This document shows, in pieces, positions 1 through 10,744 of a DNA stretch of 64,000 bases. Source of the stretch: an uncultured Candidatus Rokubacteria bacterium (lineage in GTDB: Bacteria; Methylomirabilota; Methylomirabilia; Rokubacteriales; CSP1-6); NCBI GenBank assembly GCA_963754315.1, contig CAVWFS010000001.1, positions 256,001 to 320,000 of the forward strand, read 5' to 3'. The position numbers and the translations under genes were made by a program. Position 1 is the first letter of the stretch, and the number at the start of each line of letters is the position of its first letter. The notes under the pieces are model-generated. The model did not search any database and was not told where the DNA came from. It was given only the letters and a program-made list of their open reading frames with translations.

Positions 1-3
1 TAC

Positions 4-1830
4 GTGATCACGCGAGTGCACGCGCAGTACATGGAGCCTCGCGGCGCCATCGGGACCTACGACCCGGGTGAGGATCGCTACACCTTGTATGCCGACGTGC
101 AGTACCCGCATCGAGTCCGCACGGCGCTGGCTAGCAATATCTTCAAGGTTCCCGAGCACAAGATCCGAGTCATCGCCGGTGACGTCGGGGGCGGCTTCGG
201 GACGAAGGGCTGGCAGTATCCGGAGCACCGCCTCGTCCTCTGGGCCGCCCGGAAGCTTCGGCGGCCGGTCAAGTGGACGTGCGAGCGGCGCGAGGCGATT
301 CCCGCCGACGAGCACGCCCGCGACAACGTGAGCGAGGCGGAGCTGGCCCTCGATGCCGAGGGGCGATTTCTCGCCCTCAAGGTGCGGACCCTCGCCAACG
401 TGGGGGCCTACGTCTCTTCAGATCGCAACCTGCTGGCCACCTTCAGCAACGTGGTCACCCTGGTCGGGGTGTATGCGTTTGCCGCTGCGCACGTGGAGGT
501 CTACAGCGTTCTCACCAACACCAACTCGACGGCACCGTACCGCGGCGCCGGCCGACCGGAGGCGACCTACGTCATCGAGCGGCTGATCGACGATACGGCT
601 CGCGAGCTCAACATCGACCCGGTGGAGCTCCGACGGCGCAATCTCATCCCCACCTCGGCCATGCCGTATCGGAACCCGCTCGGCGTCACCTACGACTCGG
701 GCGACTTCCCCAAGAACATGGAGGACGCGCTGAAGCTGGCCGACGTGGCGGGCTTCGCCGCCCGGCGAGAGGCGTCACGGGCGACCGGAAAGCTACGCGG
801 TCTCTCCGTCGTGAACGCCATCGAGCGGGCGGCGGGTGCCCAGCCCGAGTTCGCCGAGATCAGGTTCGCCCCCAGCGGGAGCGCGACCGTGTTCATGGGC
901 ACCAAGAGCCAGGGCCAGAATCACGAGACCACGTTCAAGCAGATCCTGCACGAGCGGCTCGGCCTCGATCCGGCCGAGGTGCGCTATATCGACGGCGACA
1001 CCGACCGCGTGGCCTTCGGGATGGGCACCATGGGCTCGAGGTCCACCGTGATCGGGGGAACTGCGCTGTGGATGGCCGCCGACAAGGTCATCGCGAAGGG
1101 CAAGAAGATCGCGGCCCGACTCCTGGAGGCGGCCGAGGCGGATCTGGTCTTCGCCGACGGCCGCTTCGGGGTGACGGGGACGGATCGGTCGGTCACCATC
1201 AACGAAGTTGCCCGCACGGCTTTCGTACCGGCCCAGCTGCCCGCCGGCCTCGAGCCTGGCTTCTACGAGACCGGGACGTTCTCGCCGAAGCAAGACACCT
1301 GGCCCAACGGCTGCCACGTCTGTGAGGTGGAGGTCGATCCCGATACGGGCGTGGTCACCCTGGTCAATTACGTGGTCGTCGACGACGTGGGCACGGTCAT
1401 CAATCCACTGACCCTCAAGGGCCAGATCCACGGTGGCGTAGCCCAGGGTGTGGGCCAGGCCCTGATGGAACAGGTGATTTACGACCGCGAATCGGGCCAG
1501 CTCTTGACCGCGTCGTTCATGGACTACGCCATGCCGCGCGCCGATACCCTCTCCGACATGGCCATCGGGAGCAATCCCGTGCCGACCAAGCTCAATCCGC
1601 TCGGCGCCAAGGGGGCAGGGGAGGCAGGCACGGTGGGTGCCTTGCCCGCCGTGATCAACGCGGTCATGGACGCGCTGACGCCACTCGGCGTCAAGGACTT
1701 CGACATGCCGGCCAGTAGCGAGCGGGTGTGGGAGGCGATCCAGAGGCAGGCACTCAGCAGCAACCACGGGGAGGAAATGATCGGTGGGAAAGACGCTCGA
1801 CGACGCGGGGCTGGACCTTCTCTTTCGTAA
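4..1830 (+). CDS. Xanthine dehydrogenase/CoxL-family molybdopterin-binding subunit (5'-truncated by window)
   Basis: Motifs GGGFGTK, APYRGAGRPEA, QIHGGVAQGVGQAL, GAKGAGEAG. Confidence 0.9.
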   Translation: MITRVHAQYMEPRGAIGTYDPGEDRYTLYADVQYPHRVRTALASNIFKVPEHKIRVIAGDVGGGFGTKGWQYPEHRLVLWAARKLRRPVKWTCERREAIPADEHARDNVSEAELALDAEGRFLALKVRTLANVGAYVSSDRNLLATFSNVVTLVGVYAFAAAHVEVYSVLTNTNSTAPYRGAGRPEATYVIERLIDDTARELNIDPVELRRRNLIPTSAMPYRNPLGVTYDSGDFPKNMEDALKLADVAGFAARREASRATGKLRGLSVVNAIERAAGAQPEFAEIRFAPSGSATVFMGTKSQGQNHETTFKQILHERLGLDPAEVRYIDGDTDRVAFGMGTMGSRSTVIGGTALWMAADKVIAKGKKIAARLLEAAEADLVFADGRFGVTGTDRSVTINEVARTAFVPAQLPAGLEPGFYETGTFSPKQDTWPNGCHVCEVEVDPDTGVVTLVNYVVVDDVGTVINPLTLKGQIHGGVAQGVGQALMEQVIYDRESGQLLTASFMDYAMPRADTLSDMAIGSNPVPTKLNPLGAKGAGEAGTVGALPAVINAVMDALTPLGVKDFDMPASSERVWEAIQRQALSSNHGEEMIGGKDARRRGAGPSLS

Positions 1831-2377
1831 CGCGCGCACGCAGAATGGGTGGCTCCCGACACCCGTGAGCGACGATCAACTCCGCGCGATCTATCAGATC
1901 ATGAAGGTCGGGCCGACCAGCGCCAACTGCTGTCCGGCGCGGATCACCTTCCTGCGCACGCCCGAGGCCAAGGCGCGGCTGATTCCCGCCCTGAGCCCCG
2001 GCAACGTCGACAAGACCAAGGCAGCGCCCGTCACTGCCATCATCGGCTACGACACGCGCTTCTTCGAGCTGCTCCCGAAGCTCTTTCCCCATCGGCCCGA
2101 GATGGTCGACAACTTCGCGAACAATCCCCAGCTGGCGCAGACGACCGCGTTTCGCAACGGCACCTTGCAGGGGGCGTACTTCATGCTGGCCACCCGCGCG
2201 GTGGGTCTGGACGTCGGGGGAATGTCGGGCTTCGACAACGCCAAGGTCGACGCGGAATTCTTCCCTGACGGCCGGATCAAGTCGAACTTTCTTTGCAACC
2301 TCGGACACGGGGATCCGAGCAAAATTCTCCCGAAGTTGCCACGGCTCGACTTCGACGAGGCCTGCCGGATCGTGTGA
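1784..2377 (+). CDS. rutE: Nitroreductase family, malonic semialdehyde reductase RutE-like
   Basis: LFRNARTQNGW, GPTSANCCPARI, RNGTLQGAY, GGMSGFD, NFLCNLGHGD; GAGGA RBS upstream of GTG. Confidence 0.8.
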   Translation: MGKTLDDAGLDLLFRNARTQNGWLPTPVSDDQLRAIYQIMKVGPTSANCCPARITFLRTPEAKARLIPALSPGNVDKTKAAPVTAIIGYDTRFFELLPKLFPHRPEMVDNFANNPQLAQTTAFRNGTLQGAYFMLATRAVGLDVGGMSGFDNAKVDAEFFPDGRIKSNFLCNLGHGDPSKILPKLPRLDFDEACRIV

Positions 2378-2387
2378 ACCGACTGTT

Positions 2388-2456
2388 GGGGGGCCCCGAC
2401 ATGGCCCCCGACCCCCCGACGCTCGGAGCGCCCCGGGAAACCCGCGGCGCTCCTCG
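2388..2456 (+). repeat. Two-hairpin GC-rich intergenic repeat, copy A
   Basis: GGGGGCC-ccgacat-GGCCCCC, C-tract, then GGAGCGCCCCGGG-AAA-CCCGCGGCGCTCC-TCG; lies between convergent genes. Confidence 0.8.
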
Positions 2457-2472
2457 ATTCTGCGGTAGCCTG

Positions 2473-3465
2473 CTACGAGGGTTGGCGCAAGCGCGGCCAG
2501 ACGTCGGGGTTCACCAGGACCTCAGGACGTTCCCCGTGCAGCACGCGCAACATCTCACTCGCTACCTGCATGGCGGTCGCGCGAGTAGCCCCGGTCGTCA
2601 CGCCGGCCACGTGCGGGGACACCACGACGTTGGGCAATCCGAAGATAGGATTGTCGACGGGGCTCGGTTCGTCTTCGAAGACGTCGAGGCCGGCCGCGCC
2701 CAGCTGACCGGTGGCGAGAGCCTCGAAGACGGCCCGCTCGTCGTGCACTGGTCCCCGCGAGGTGTTAACCAGAATGGCCCCGCGCTTGAGCAAGCCGAGT
2801 GTCTTCGGGTTGATCATGGCGCGCGTCTCGTCCGTGAGCGGCGTGTGGCAGGTCAACACGTCGACCTGCGGGAGCAGCGCCTCCAGGCTCGCCGTCGGCT
2901 CGGCGCCCCGCCGGTGCACTTCGTCCGCGGGCAGGTACTTGTCGTAGGCGAGCACGCGCATGCCGAGAGCGCCGGCGAAGCGGGCGACCCGCCGGCCGAT
3001 GTTGCCCACGCCCACGATGCCGAGCGTCTTGCCGGCCAGTTCCTCGTTGCGGGCGTCGTGGCGCGCGCGCCAGTCACCGTCGCGCGTCCAGCGATCGACC
3101 TGGACGGCGCGCTTGGCGCACATCAGCATCAGCATGAGGGCGTGCTCGGCCACCGCTTGGGCGTTGGCTCCGGGTGCGTGCACCACGGCCACGCCGAGTC
3201 GCGTCGCCGCGGGAATGTCCACGATGTCGAGGCCCGCCCCGTGGCGGCCGACCACGCGGACGCGCGGACAGGCGGCCATCAGCGAGGCGGAGCAGAGCGG
3301 CTTCGAGCGGAAGAGGATGCCCTGGGCGTCGCGGGCCAGGCTCACCACGGCCGCCTCGGTGAGGTCTTCAGCAACGATGACTTCGGCCTCGCGCGCCAGG
3401 AGCGCGTGGCCGTCGGGGTGGATCGGGCCGGCAAGCACGACGAGCGGACGGTTGTCGGTCGGCAT
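2473..3465 (-). CDS. D-isomer-specific 2-hydroxyacid dehydrogenase (SerA-like)
   Basis: GIVGVGNIG, LVNTSRG, LDVFEDEP, SPHVAG; start taken at MPTDNR. Confidence 0.9.
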   Translation of the reverse strand: MPTDNRPLVVLAGPIHPDGHALLAREAEVIVAEDLTEAAVVSLARDAQGILFRSKPLCSASLMAACPRVRVVGRHGAGLDIVDIPAATRLGVAVVHAPGANAQAVAEHALMLMLMCAKRAVQVDRWTRDGDWRARHDARNEELAGKTLGIVGVGNIGRRVARFAGALGMRVLAYDKYLPADEVHRRGAEPTASLEALLPQVDVLTCHTPLTDETRAMINPKTLGLLKRGAILVNTSRGPVHDERAVFEALATGQLGAAGLDVFEDEPSPVDNPIFGLPNVVVSPHVAGVTTGATRATAMQVASEMLRVLHGERPEVLVNPDVWPRLRQPS

Positions 3466-3552
3466 GCCCGAGACTGTACCATGTACGTCGGCGATCAGGT
3501 CAGCGCCGGCGCTCCCTGCGAGTGTCTGTTCGCGTTGCACAGATTGGACGTG

Positions 3553-3581
3553 TTGTGACCCGTAACGTTATGGGTTACACT
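3553..3581 (+). promoter_or_regulatory. higBA promoter with overlapping palindromic operator
   Basis: TTGTGA-17 bp-TACACT; GTGACCCGTAAC|GTTATGGGTTAC inverted repeat (10/12) at 3555-3578. Confidence 0.65.
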
Positions 3582-3589
3582 GGCTCTGG

Positions 3590-3868
3590 GTGATTCGTGG
3601 ATTCAGGCACAAAGGGTTGGCCAAGTTCTTCGAGACCGGGTCACGGGCCCGGATCCAGCCACAGCATGCTGGACGGCTGCGTTTGATCTTGGGCCGCTTG
3701 AATGCCGCCACCTCACCGCACGACATGGGCCTGCCCGGGCTCAATCTTCATCCTCTCGCGGGCGACCGCAAGGGCACCTGGGCGGTTTCGGTAAGCGGCA
3801 ACTGGAGGGTCACATTCAAGTTCGTTGAGAACGACGCTGATGCGGTCGACTATGAGGACTACCACTGA
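3590..3868 (+). CDS. higB: HigB/RelE-family toxin
   Basis: [10 protein letters not shown]...[24 protein letters not shown]...DYEDYH. Confidence 0.92.
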   Translation: MIRGFRHKGLAKFFETGSRARIQPQHAGRLRLILGRLNAATSPHDMGLPGLNLHPLAGDRKGTWAVSVSGNWRVTFKFVENDADAVDYEDYH

Positions 3869-3879
3869 CGGAGCTGCCG

Positions 3880-4161
3880 ATGCGTATGCATAACCCACCT
3901 CACCCGGGCGAGATCATCAAGACGCTCTGTCTGGAGCCGCTTGGTGTCACCGTGACCCAGGCCGCAGAAGCTCTCGGAGTCAGCCGCAAGACGCTGTCCG
4001 CAATTCTGAATGGCCGAGCCGGGATCAGTCCCGAGATGGCGGTTCGGCTTTCCATTGCCTTCGGGACGTCCTCCGAGAGCTGGCTCAACCAGCAAACACA
4101 GTACGACCTCTGGCATGCCGAGCAGCGTCGCCGGCAACTCAAGGTCGCCAAGCTCGCGTAG
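3880..4161 (+). CDS. higA: HigA antitoxin (HTH)
   Basis: [41 protein letters not shown]. Confidence 0.93.
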   Translation: MRMHNPPHPGEIIKTLCLEPLGVTVTQAAEALGVSRKTLSAILNGRAGISPEMAVRLSIAFGTSSESWLNQQTQYDLWHAEQRRRQLKVAKLA

Positions 4162-4335
4162 AGGGCCCCCGACGACGCGTGGCCTGGCCTAAGGCTCGCG
4201 TTGCTCGCTGATCACCGCGCGCCCAGTGTGTCGTGCCGGACAAGCGAGAACCTACCAACGATGCCGCCAGAACCGGGCAGATCTCGTCGATCGCATTCTG
4301 CGGCCGAAGACCGGACAGCGTTGACTCGCTCGCGA

Positions 4336-5432
4336 TCAGGAGCGCATCGTTTCGAGCGGGGCCAGGCCGAGCTCGCGGGTGCACTCGGTGAACCACTGGA
4401 TCACCTCTTTGTGGAGGGGGATGCCGTGGGTCCGGCGTTCCTGCAGCTCCTCGGCCTCCGATAGTCCCGGATAGAGGACGCGCTCCTGTCCGGGGGCGGG
4501 GGTTGCCGTGCGCAACGTCTTGAGCATCTCGTCCATGGTGTCCTTGAACTGCTCGAGATCGGTGAAGGCCTCGATGTTGTAGGCCGCGAAATGATTCTTG
4601 GACCCGCTCCCCGGCACCAGCATGGTGGGCAGAGCGCCTGCCAGCACGGTGGACAGAACCTCGGCCATGAGGGCGAAGCCGTAGCCCTTGTGGGAGCCCT
4701 GCTCGCGAGTCCCCCCAGCGGCGCCTGATAAAAATCGTCGCGGTCGAAGATCGGCTTCTCCTCCATGATCGGCTGGCCGTCCTTGTCCGTGACCCAGCCC
4801 GGGAGCAGGGGCGAGCCGACCCTCATGGCCAGACGGATCTTGTTGCCGGCAATGGCCGAGGTAGCGACGTCGAAGAGCAGCGGCGCCTCGTGACGGGCGG
4901 GGGCGGCGACGGCAATCGGGTTGGTGCCAATGAGCGGCTTCGACGCGAAGGTCGGCACCACGCTCAACCCCGCCCCCGTGAAGCACACGCCGACCATATC
5001 TTGAAGAGCGGCCAGCATCGCGTAGTGGCCGATGGCGCCGAAATGCCCGCTGTTCTGGACGGCGACCACGCCGACGCCGACCTTACGGGCCTTCTCCATG
5101 GCCAGTCGCATGGCCCGCGGTCCCACCATGACCCCGAGCCGCCGCTCGGCGTCGATCACGGCGGTCGCGGGCGACTCCCGCAGCACGCGCCAGCCGGGTC
5201 GGGGATCGAGCTTGCCGGCCCGGTAATCCCGGACGTACGCCCGCAGCATGTTCGACACGCCGTGGGTTTCGACCCCACGGAGGTCCGTCATGGTCAAGAC
5301 ATCAGCTCCTTCCGCGGCGTCATCCGGGCTCACTCCGAGCTTTTCGAAGATCTGGCTGACGGTGCGTCGCAGCGCTGCGTCGGAGACGAAGACCTGGTCT
5401 TTGGCGGGAACTTTGAAGCGCTCGAGAATCAT
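4336..5432 (-). CDS. Ldh_2 family malate/L-lactate dehydrogenase-like oxidoreductase (frameshift near 4710)
   Basis: DLRGVETHGV, GTNPIAVAAP, DVATS in one frame; GSHKGYG...RVLYPG in the next; shift in a C-run. Confidence 0.85.
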
Positions 5433-5592
5433 GCCTCTCTCCTCGGTCGGAACGTCTCGGGCCAGCGTCGGCCCCGAACGTGAATCGTAGCCGATTTCGG
5501 CAGAGAAGTGGCGTATCGTTGGCCGCCTGCGGGCTCAGACCTCCGCCGCTCGTCGAAGAGGCTCTGGAGGGTCGCGAGCGACGACTATCCGA

Positions 5593-5918
5593 CTAGCTCG
5601 AAGAGGGCTTCGACGACGCGCATCCACCTCGTCGGCGTCCAGGGCACCGATCCGACGTCCGAGCCGCTCGACCGACAGTGTACGGATCTGGCTGATCTTG
5701 ACCCCAGGAGGTCTTGGAGGCGCAGGGTCTCCACGGGATAGGTGAGTGGAAAGTCGGCGTGCTGCGGCTGGCTCGTGATGGCAGAGCGATGACGGTACCG
5801 GAGTGCGGGTGCAGGACGTCGTGGCTGATCACAAGGACGGGCCGAAGGCCGGCTTGCTTGCGGCCAGGACGGGATTGAGATCAGCCCAGTACACTCCTCC
5901 TCTCAGTACTCGAGCCAC
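5593..5918 (-). pseudogene. PemK/MazF-family toxin, frameshifted
   Basis: MARVLRGGVYWADLNPV, ISHDV..SGTVIAL, TSQPQHADFPLT read across different frames. Confidence 0.7.
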
Positions 5919-6135
5919 GTCGTCTCTCACCCGTCGTACCCTCCTCGGCGAGGGCCTGCTCCTCCCTGCGATCGAGCTTCCTTGCCTCGACAGAAAGTCG
6001 ACGACGCCGGTGCAGGTCGAGCTTTTCCCGGACCGATGGCGCGACTGCGATTCCGATAGAGTCCTGTCTCACTCCGCGGTCGATCTCGTTGACAAGCTCC
6101 CGATCGAGCGTAATGGCGATCTTGTCCGCGGGCAT
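5911..6135 (-). pseudogene. Ribbon-helix-helix antitoxin, frameshifted
   Basis: MPADKIAITLDRELVNEID; YRNRSRAI in shifted frame; C-terminal EEQALAEEG. Confidence 0.7.
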
Positions 6136-6151
6136 CGTTCCCGTCCCCTCT

Positions 6152-6172
6152 GGTAGGATATTGCATCATACC
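6152..6172 (-). promoter_or_regulatory. Inverted-repeat operator upstream of RHH antitoxin
   Basis: GGTAGGAT-5 bp-ATCATACC (7/8 symmetric), includes TATGAT on the minus strand. Confidence 0.5.
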
Positions 6173-6271
6173 GGAAGGCCCAGAATCTCCGAGGCTACGC
6201 CGCACGCGGATCACTTCATCGAATGAGAACCCTTTCTGAGGTCGCGCCGAATATTTCACGAGGGAACCAGC

Positions 6272-6665
6272 ATGATCAAGGCCGTCGACATCAAGGCTGA
6301 GCTGGCCGGCCGACCGGTACTCCACGGGCGCAGCACGGCTACCACGGAAGCGGAAGCGAAGGCGGCGTTCGCCGTCCTGGCCCCCTTCCGTGACGGCAGC
6401 ATCTTCGCCGGGAGCTTTTCCGGAGACAGCTCCTGGGAGCGCCATCGGAACGGGGATGAGCTCGTGCAGATTCTGAACGGGGCGGCGACGCTCACCATCA
6501 TGACCGAGGGTGGGCCGCGAGTCCTTCGCGCTGCGGGCCGGAATGCTGATCGTGGTGCCACAAGGGCACTGGCACCGCTTCCACGTCCCGGACGAAGTTA
6601 CCGTGCTGACCGCCACCCCGCAGCCTACCGATCACACCTCCGCCGAGGACCCGAGGGGCGTGTGA
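6272..6665 (+). CDS. Cupin-domain protein (frameshift near 6515)
   Basis: WERHRNGDELVQIL, then in shifted frame GMLIVVPQGHWHRF, ending in TGA that overlaps the next ATG. Confidence 0.75.
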
Positions 6666-7783
6666 TGAAGATCGTCAGAGTCGAACCGATCCCACTGCAT
6701 CTTCCTTTCGCGTCACCGTTCAAGATCTCGCAGGGGCCGGCGCGGGACATGCTCGAGGTGCTCCTGGTTCGGATCCACACGGACGAGGGGATTGTTGGAG
6801 TAGGGGAGACCCAGGCGTGGCGGCGGCAGGGCAGCGCCGAGACGCTCGTGAACCTGGTGCGGACGGTCGAGGACTACTTCGAGCCCATCTTGCTCAACCG
6901 GTCTCCCTTTGACATCAGTGGAATCCTGCACGCGTTGAACGACGCGATGTACAACAGCCTCTACGCGCAGGCGGCCGTGGGCGACGCGCTGTACGACGTG
7001 GTGGGCCGGGCCGTGGGCCTGCCCGTGCATGTGCTGCTGGGCGGGGAATGCCGGGATCGGGTCCGTATCGGCGCCATCCTCTCCATGAAGCCCACCGTGG
7101 AGGAACTGGTCGAGTCGGCGGAGACGGCGTACGAGCAGGGCTTTCGCCACTTCGGCCTCAAGATTGGCGTCGATGCCACCCGGGACGTGAAGAATGTGGC
7201 GGCGTTGAGGGCGCGCTTCGGCGACGGCGTCGTGCTACGCGTGGACGCCAACGGGGCGATGGCCTACGACGCGGCGGCGGCGCTTCTGCGAAAGCTGGAG
7301 CCGTACGACATCGACGTGGCCGAGCAGCCGGTCGCGATCTGGGACATCGGTGGGCTGGCGGCCCTGAGCCGGGTCACCACCATTCCCATCATGGCGGACG
7401 AGTCGGTGTCGACCGAGCATTCCCTCCTGGAGATCATCCGTCAGCGCGCCGCCACCGTGGTGCAGACGAAAATCGCCAAGAATGGCGGGATCTACCGGGT
7501 GCATCGTCTCTGGCATCTAGCGGCCGCCGCCGGTATCCGGATCTTTCCCGGGAACCACCCGAGCACGAGTATCGCCACGGCCGCCGTCGCCCACATTTGC
7601 GGGGCGTGGCCGGGGCCGCTTATGGAAGGCCCGTTCGCCGTCGGCCGCTGCGGAACCCTGGCCACGGACATCGTCACCGCGCCGATCGTGCCGGAGAACG
7701 GAGAGATTGCGGTGCCTGCCGGGCCCGGCCTCGGTGTGGAGCTGGACATGGACCGTGTCGCCGCCCTCCGCGTCGACAGGTAA
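6665..7783 (+). CDS. Mandelate racemase/muconate lactonizing enzyme (enolase superfamily)
   Basis: IHTDEGIVGVGE, LRVDANG, AEQP, IMADES, PAGPGLGVELD. Confidence 0.88.
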   Translation: MKIVRVEPIPLHLPFASPFKISQGPARDMLEVLLVRIHTDEGIVGVGETQAWRRQGSAETLVNLVRTVEDYFEPILLNRSPFDISGILHALNDAMYNSLYAQAAVGDALYDVVGRAVGLPVHVLLGGECRDRVRIGAILSMKPTVEELVESAETAYEQGFRHFGLKIGVDATRDVKNVAALRARFGDGVVLRVDANGAMAYDAAAALLRKLEPYDIDVAEQPVAIWDIGGLAALSRVTTIPIMADESVSTEHSLLEIIRQRAATVVQTKIAKNGGIYRVHRLWHLAAAAGIRIFPGNHPSTSIATAAVAHICGAWPGPLMEGPFAVGRCGTLATDIVTAPIVPENGEIAVPAGPGLGVELDMDRVAALRVDR

Positions 7784-7810
7784 GAATAGCGTGTCAGGAA
7801 GAGTCGCCTC

Positions 7811-7960
7811 CAGCGCGTGCTGCTCGGCGCCGATCCAGGAGAGCTGCCTGTGGAACGAGTCGATAGGCTCTACTTCGTCATTAACGTCAAGACCGCTAAG
7901 GCTCTTGGTCTCCGAATTCCGCAATCGGTGCTGGCTCGGGCCGATGAGGTCATCGAGTGA
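7811..7960 (+). pseudogene. C-terminal stump of an ABC_sub_bind (PF04392-like) substrate-binding protein
   Basis: QRVLLGADPGELPVERVDRLYFVINVKTAKALGLRIPQSVLARADEVIE*, no start codon. Confidence 0.7.
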
Positions 7961-8113
7961 CTGTGCGGTCGGACGTCCCCGGGTAGAGGCTGGTGAAACA
8001 GGTCTCCGCGTCTCGACCTGCGATGGTGTTTGACACCCGCGCGCGAGGGTTCTTACACTAGGGCGCGTTTGGTCGACACGGTCCGACCGTGTGGCGACCC
8101 GCGGGGAGGCCGC

Positions 8114-9304
8114 ATGCACTACGATCGAATTTCCGCCGACTGCCATCTGGATCTCTGCTGGCTGCCACCTGATCTCTTCACCAGTCGCACCTCGGCGGCC
8201 ATGCGGGACCGCATGCCCTATGTCACCGAGGGGCCCAAGGGCCCCATGTGGGTCACCAAGAAGGGCGGCAACTTCGGGCTCGCCAATGGCATGGGCTCGG
8301 CCGGCCGCGAGTACGTGCCGGGGCAGATCCACCGCTCGGATCGGATGGCCTCCACCGGGCTCTACGAGGACGGCAAGCGCGGGATCCGGCGCCTGAGCGA
8401 CCCGGAGCTTCGACTCAAGGATCAGGATCGTGACGGCGTGCAGGCCGAGGTTCTCTATGGAATCCTCGGCTCCAGCACGCGCATGAACGATCCGGAAGCG
8501 GCCGTGGAGCTGATTCGCATCTACAACGACTTTCTGGCCGACTTCTGCGAGACCCACCCCGACCGCTTCGCCGGCCTCGCCTGCATCCCGAGCGTGCCCA
8601 TCGAGGCCGCCGTCAACGAGGTCCAGCGCGTGGTCAAGCGGGGCGGCGTGCGTGGGCTCGATGTCGCCAACACCCTGGACATGCCCCCGCTCTACGAGCC
8701 GTACTGGGAACCCTTGTGGGACGCGGTCGACGAGTCGGGCTTGCCACTGCACTTTCATACGGTGGGCGGCCGCATGCCCGACGGCATCCGCAAGACCCTG
8801 TGGGGGAGCGCGTGGGGCGAGAAGGTGGACGCGCCCATGCCGCACCGGGTGGCGCGGGCTGGGTTCGCCGTTCACATCAGCGGCTTCCAGATCTATATGT
8901 CGACCATCCTCATGTCCCTCGTCTACGGAGGCGTGCTGGAGCGCCACCCGAGCATGCGCGTGGTGATCGGAGAAGGGGGGATCGGCTGGATTCCCTACAT
9001 CCTGGACCACATGGACCTCGAGTGGGAAGACCAGTTCAAGGACCTCGGCCTCAGCATGAAGCCCAGTGACTACTGGCGGCGTCAGTGCCGGGCGACATAT
9101 CAATCGGACCGCATCGGCATCAAGCTGATCGACGAGCTCGGCGAGGACAACGTGATGTGGGGCTCGGATTTTCCGCATCCCGACGGGGTGTGGCCCGACT
9201 CTACCGAGGTGCTTGCCCGCGAGCTCGGGCACCTGCCGTCGTCTGTTCGCCGCAAGATCTGCTGCGAGAACGCCGGCAAGCTCTACGGGTTCATCGGTCG
9301 GTAG
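8114..9304 (+). CDS. Amidohydrolase_2 family protein
   Basis: ISADCH, DRDGVQAEVLY, LPLHFH, EGGIGW, MWGSDFPHPD; GGAGG RBS. Confidence 0.9.
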   Translation: MHYDRISADCHLDLCWLPPDLFTSRTSAAMRDRMPYVTEGPKGPMWVTKKGGNFGLANGMGSAGREYVPGQIHRSDRMASTGLYEDGKRGIRRLSDPELRLKDQDRDGVQAEVLYGILGSSTRMNDPEAAVELIRIYNDFLADFCETHPDRFAGLACIPSVPIEAAVNEVQRVVKRGGVRGLDVANTLDMPPLYEPYWEPLWDAVDESGLPLHFHTVGGRMPDGIRKTLWGSAWGEKVDAPMPHRVARAGFAVHISGFQIYMSTILMSLVYGGVLERHPSMRVVIGEGGIGWIPYILDHMDLEWEDQFKDLGLSMKPSDYWRRQCRATYQSDRIGIKLIDELGEDNVMWGSDFPHPDGVWPDSTEVLARELGHLPSSVRRKICCENAGKLYGFIGR

Positions 9305-9423
9305 GCGAGCTTCACGGATTCGTCACTCGGTGATCTTCGCGGCGGGCATCGGCAATCCCTTACAGGAGGCCGCGCGCGCCGTCCTGGAGTAGCGGCCGCA
9401 CCGTGAGTCAGGAGGCTCTCCGT

Positions 9424-10703
9424 ATGTCGAGGCGTCACAGTACCCGACGTGTGTTCCTGCGTACCGCTGTGACCGGGGCCGCCGTGGCCAGCGTTCCGCG
9501 GCCGCTCCTGGCCCAGGCCAAGACGTTCAAGATCGGGGTCATCCACCCGGTCACGGGCCCGCTGGCCGAACCTGGTCAGGCCTGCCGGCTCGGCGCGCAG
9601 ATGGCAGCCGATACGATCAATGCGGCGGGCGGCATCAAGTCCATGGGAGGGATGAAGCTCGAGCTACTCCTTGGCGACACCCAGACGAAGCCGGATGTCG
9701 GACGCACCGAGGCCGAGCGGGTCGTCAACCAGGGCGCCCAGATGCTGATGGGCTCGTTCGACTCGGGCAGCACGGCGGCCATCGTGCCGGTGGCCCAGCA
9801 GCGGCGCATCCCTTTGCTGGTCGACATCGCGGCCGCCGACCCCATCACCGCCAACGTGGCCAAGGCCGTGAAGGACGGGCAGCAGAAGGTCCAGTACGTG
9901 TACCGCAACTTCCCCACGGGCTCGACGTTCGGCCGCAAGGCCGTCCAGTACTTCTCGGAAATCTTCCAGGAAGCGGGGGTGTCGCCCAAGCGCGTGGTGC
10001 TGATGTACTGCAACGACCTCTTCGGCCAGAACTCGGCCAAGGGCTTTCAGGCCGCCCACGCGGCGGCCAAGCCATCGTGGGAGATCGTGGATGTCATCCC
10101 GTGGCCGGAGCCCCCCCAGGATCTCTCGACGGAGGTCTCGCGCGCCAAGGCAGCCAAGCCCGACGTGATCGCGCCGATCACGCGTCCTGCCTCTGCGCAG
10201 ATCCTCCTGCCCGAGCTGCGCAAGCAGCGGGTCGAGATGATGGGGGTGGTGAGTCCGGGCGGTCCGGGTCTCTACGAGGCTGGCCAGCTGGCCGTGCTCA
10301 AGCAAGACCTCGAATATGTTCTGGCCAGCGTGCCGTGGCCGAACTTCAAGAATCCCCGCACCATCGCGGTGGCCGAGGAGTATCGCAAGCGGGCCGAGAA
10401 GGAGACCGGCAAGCCCAAGACCTTCGACACCAACTCCGGCTACTCCTATGACGGCATGTTCGTGATCGCCAACGTGCTGGAGCGCGCCAAGTCGACGGAC
10501 GCCGATGCCATCGTGGAGGCTCTCAAGAAGACGAACTACACGGAGGGCCTCATGCAGTACGGCGGTCCCATCGTCTTCAACGAGATCGGGGACAACCCGA
10601 ACGCCATCCCACCATGATAGAGATCCTGGGCCAGAAACCGGTGGCGGTGTGGCCCAAGGACGCGGCCGTGCAGAAGTTCGTCTTCCCGCGCCCTAAAGCG
10701 TAG
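9424..10703 (+). CDS. Branched-chain amino acid-type ABC substrate-binding protein with Tat signal (frameshift near 10610)
   Basis: TRRVFL signal, KIGVIHPVTGPLA, INAAGGI; C-terminal QKPVAVWP in shifted frame. Confidence 0.85.
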
Positions 10704-10707
10704 CGCC

Positions 10708-10735
10708 GGGCCGCCGGCGGCGAACCCGGCGGCCC
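10708..10735 (+). terminator. Stem-loop between binding-protein and permease genes
   Basis: GGGCCGCCGG-8 nt-CCGGCGGCCC perfect stem, no U-tract. Confidence 0.5.
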
Positions 10736-10744
10736 CCCGCGCCC

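Noticed and set aside
4..1830. Form I aerobic CO dehydrogenase
   Set aside because: Active-site loop is PYRGAGR, not AYxCSFR
6272..7783. Cupin-enolase fusion
   Set aside because: The second cupin motif and a TGATG stop/start overlap are in another frame; two genes
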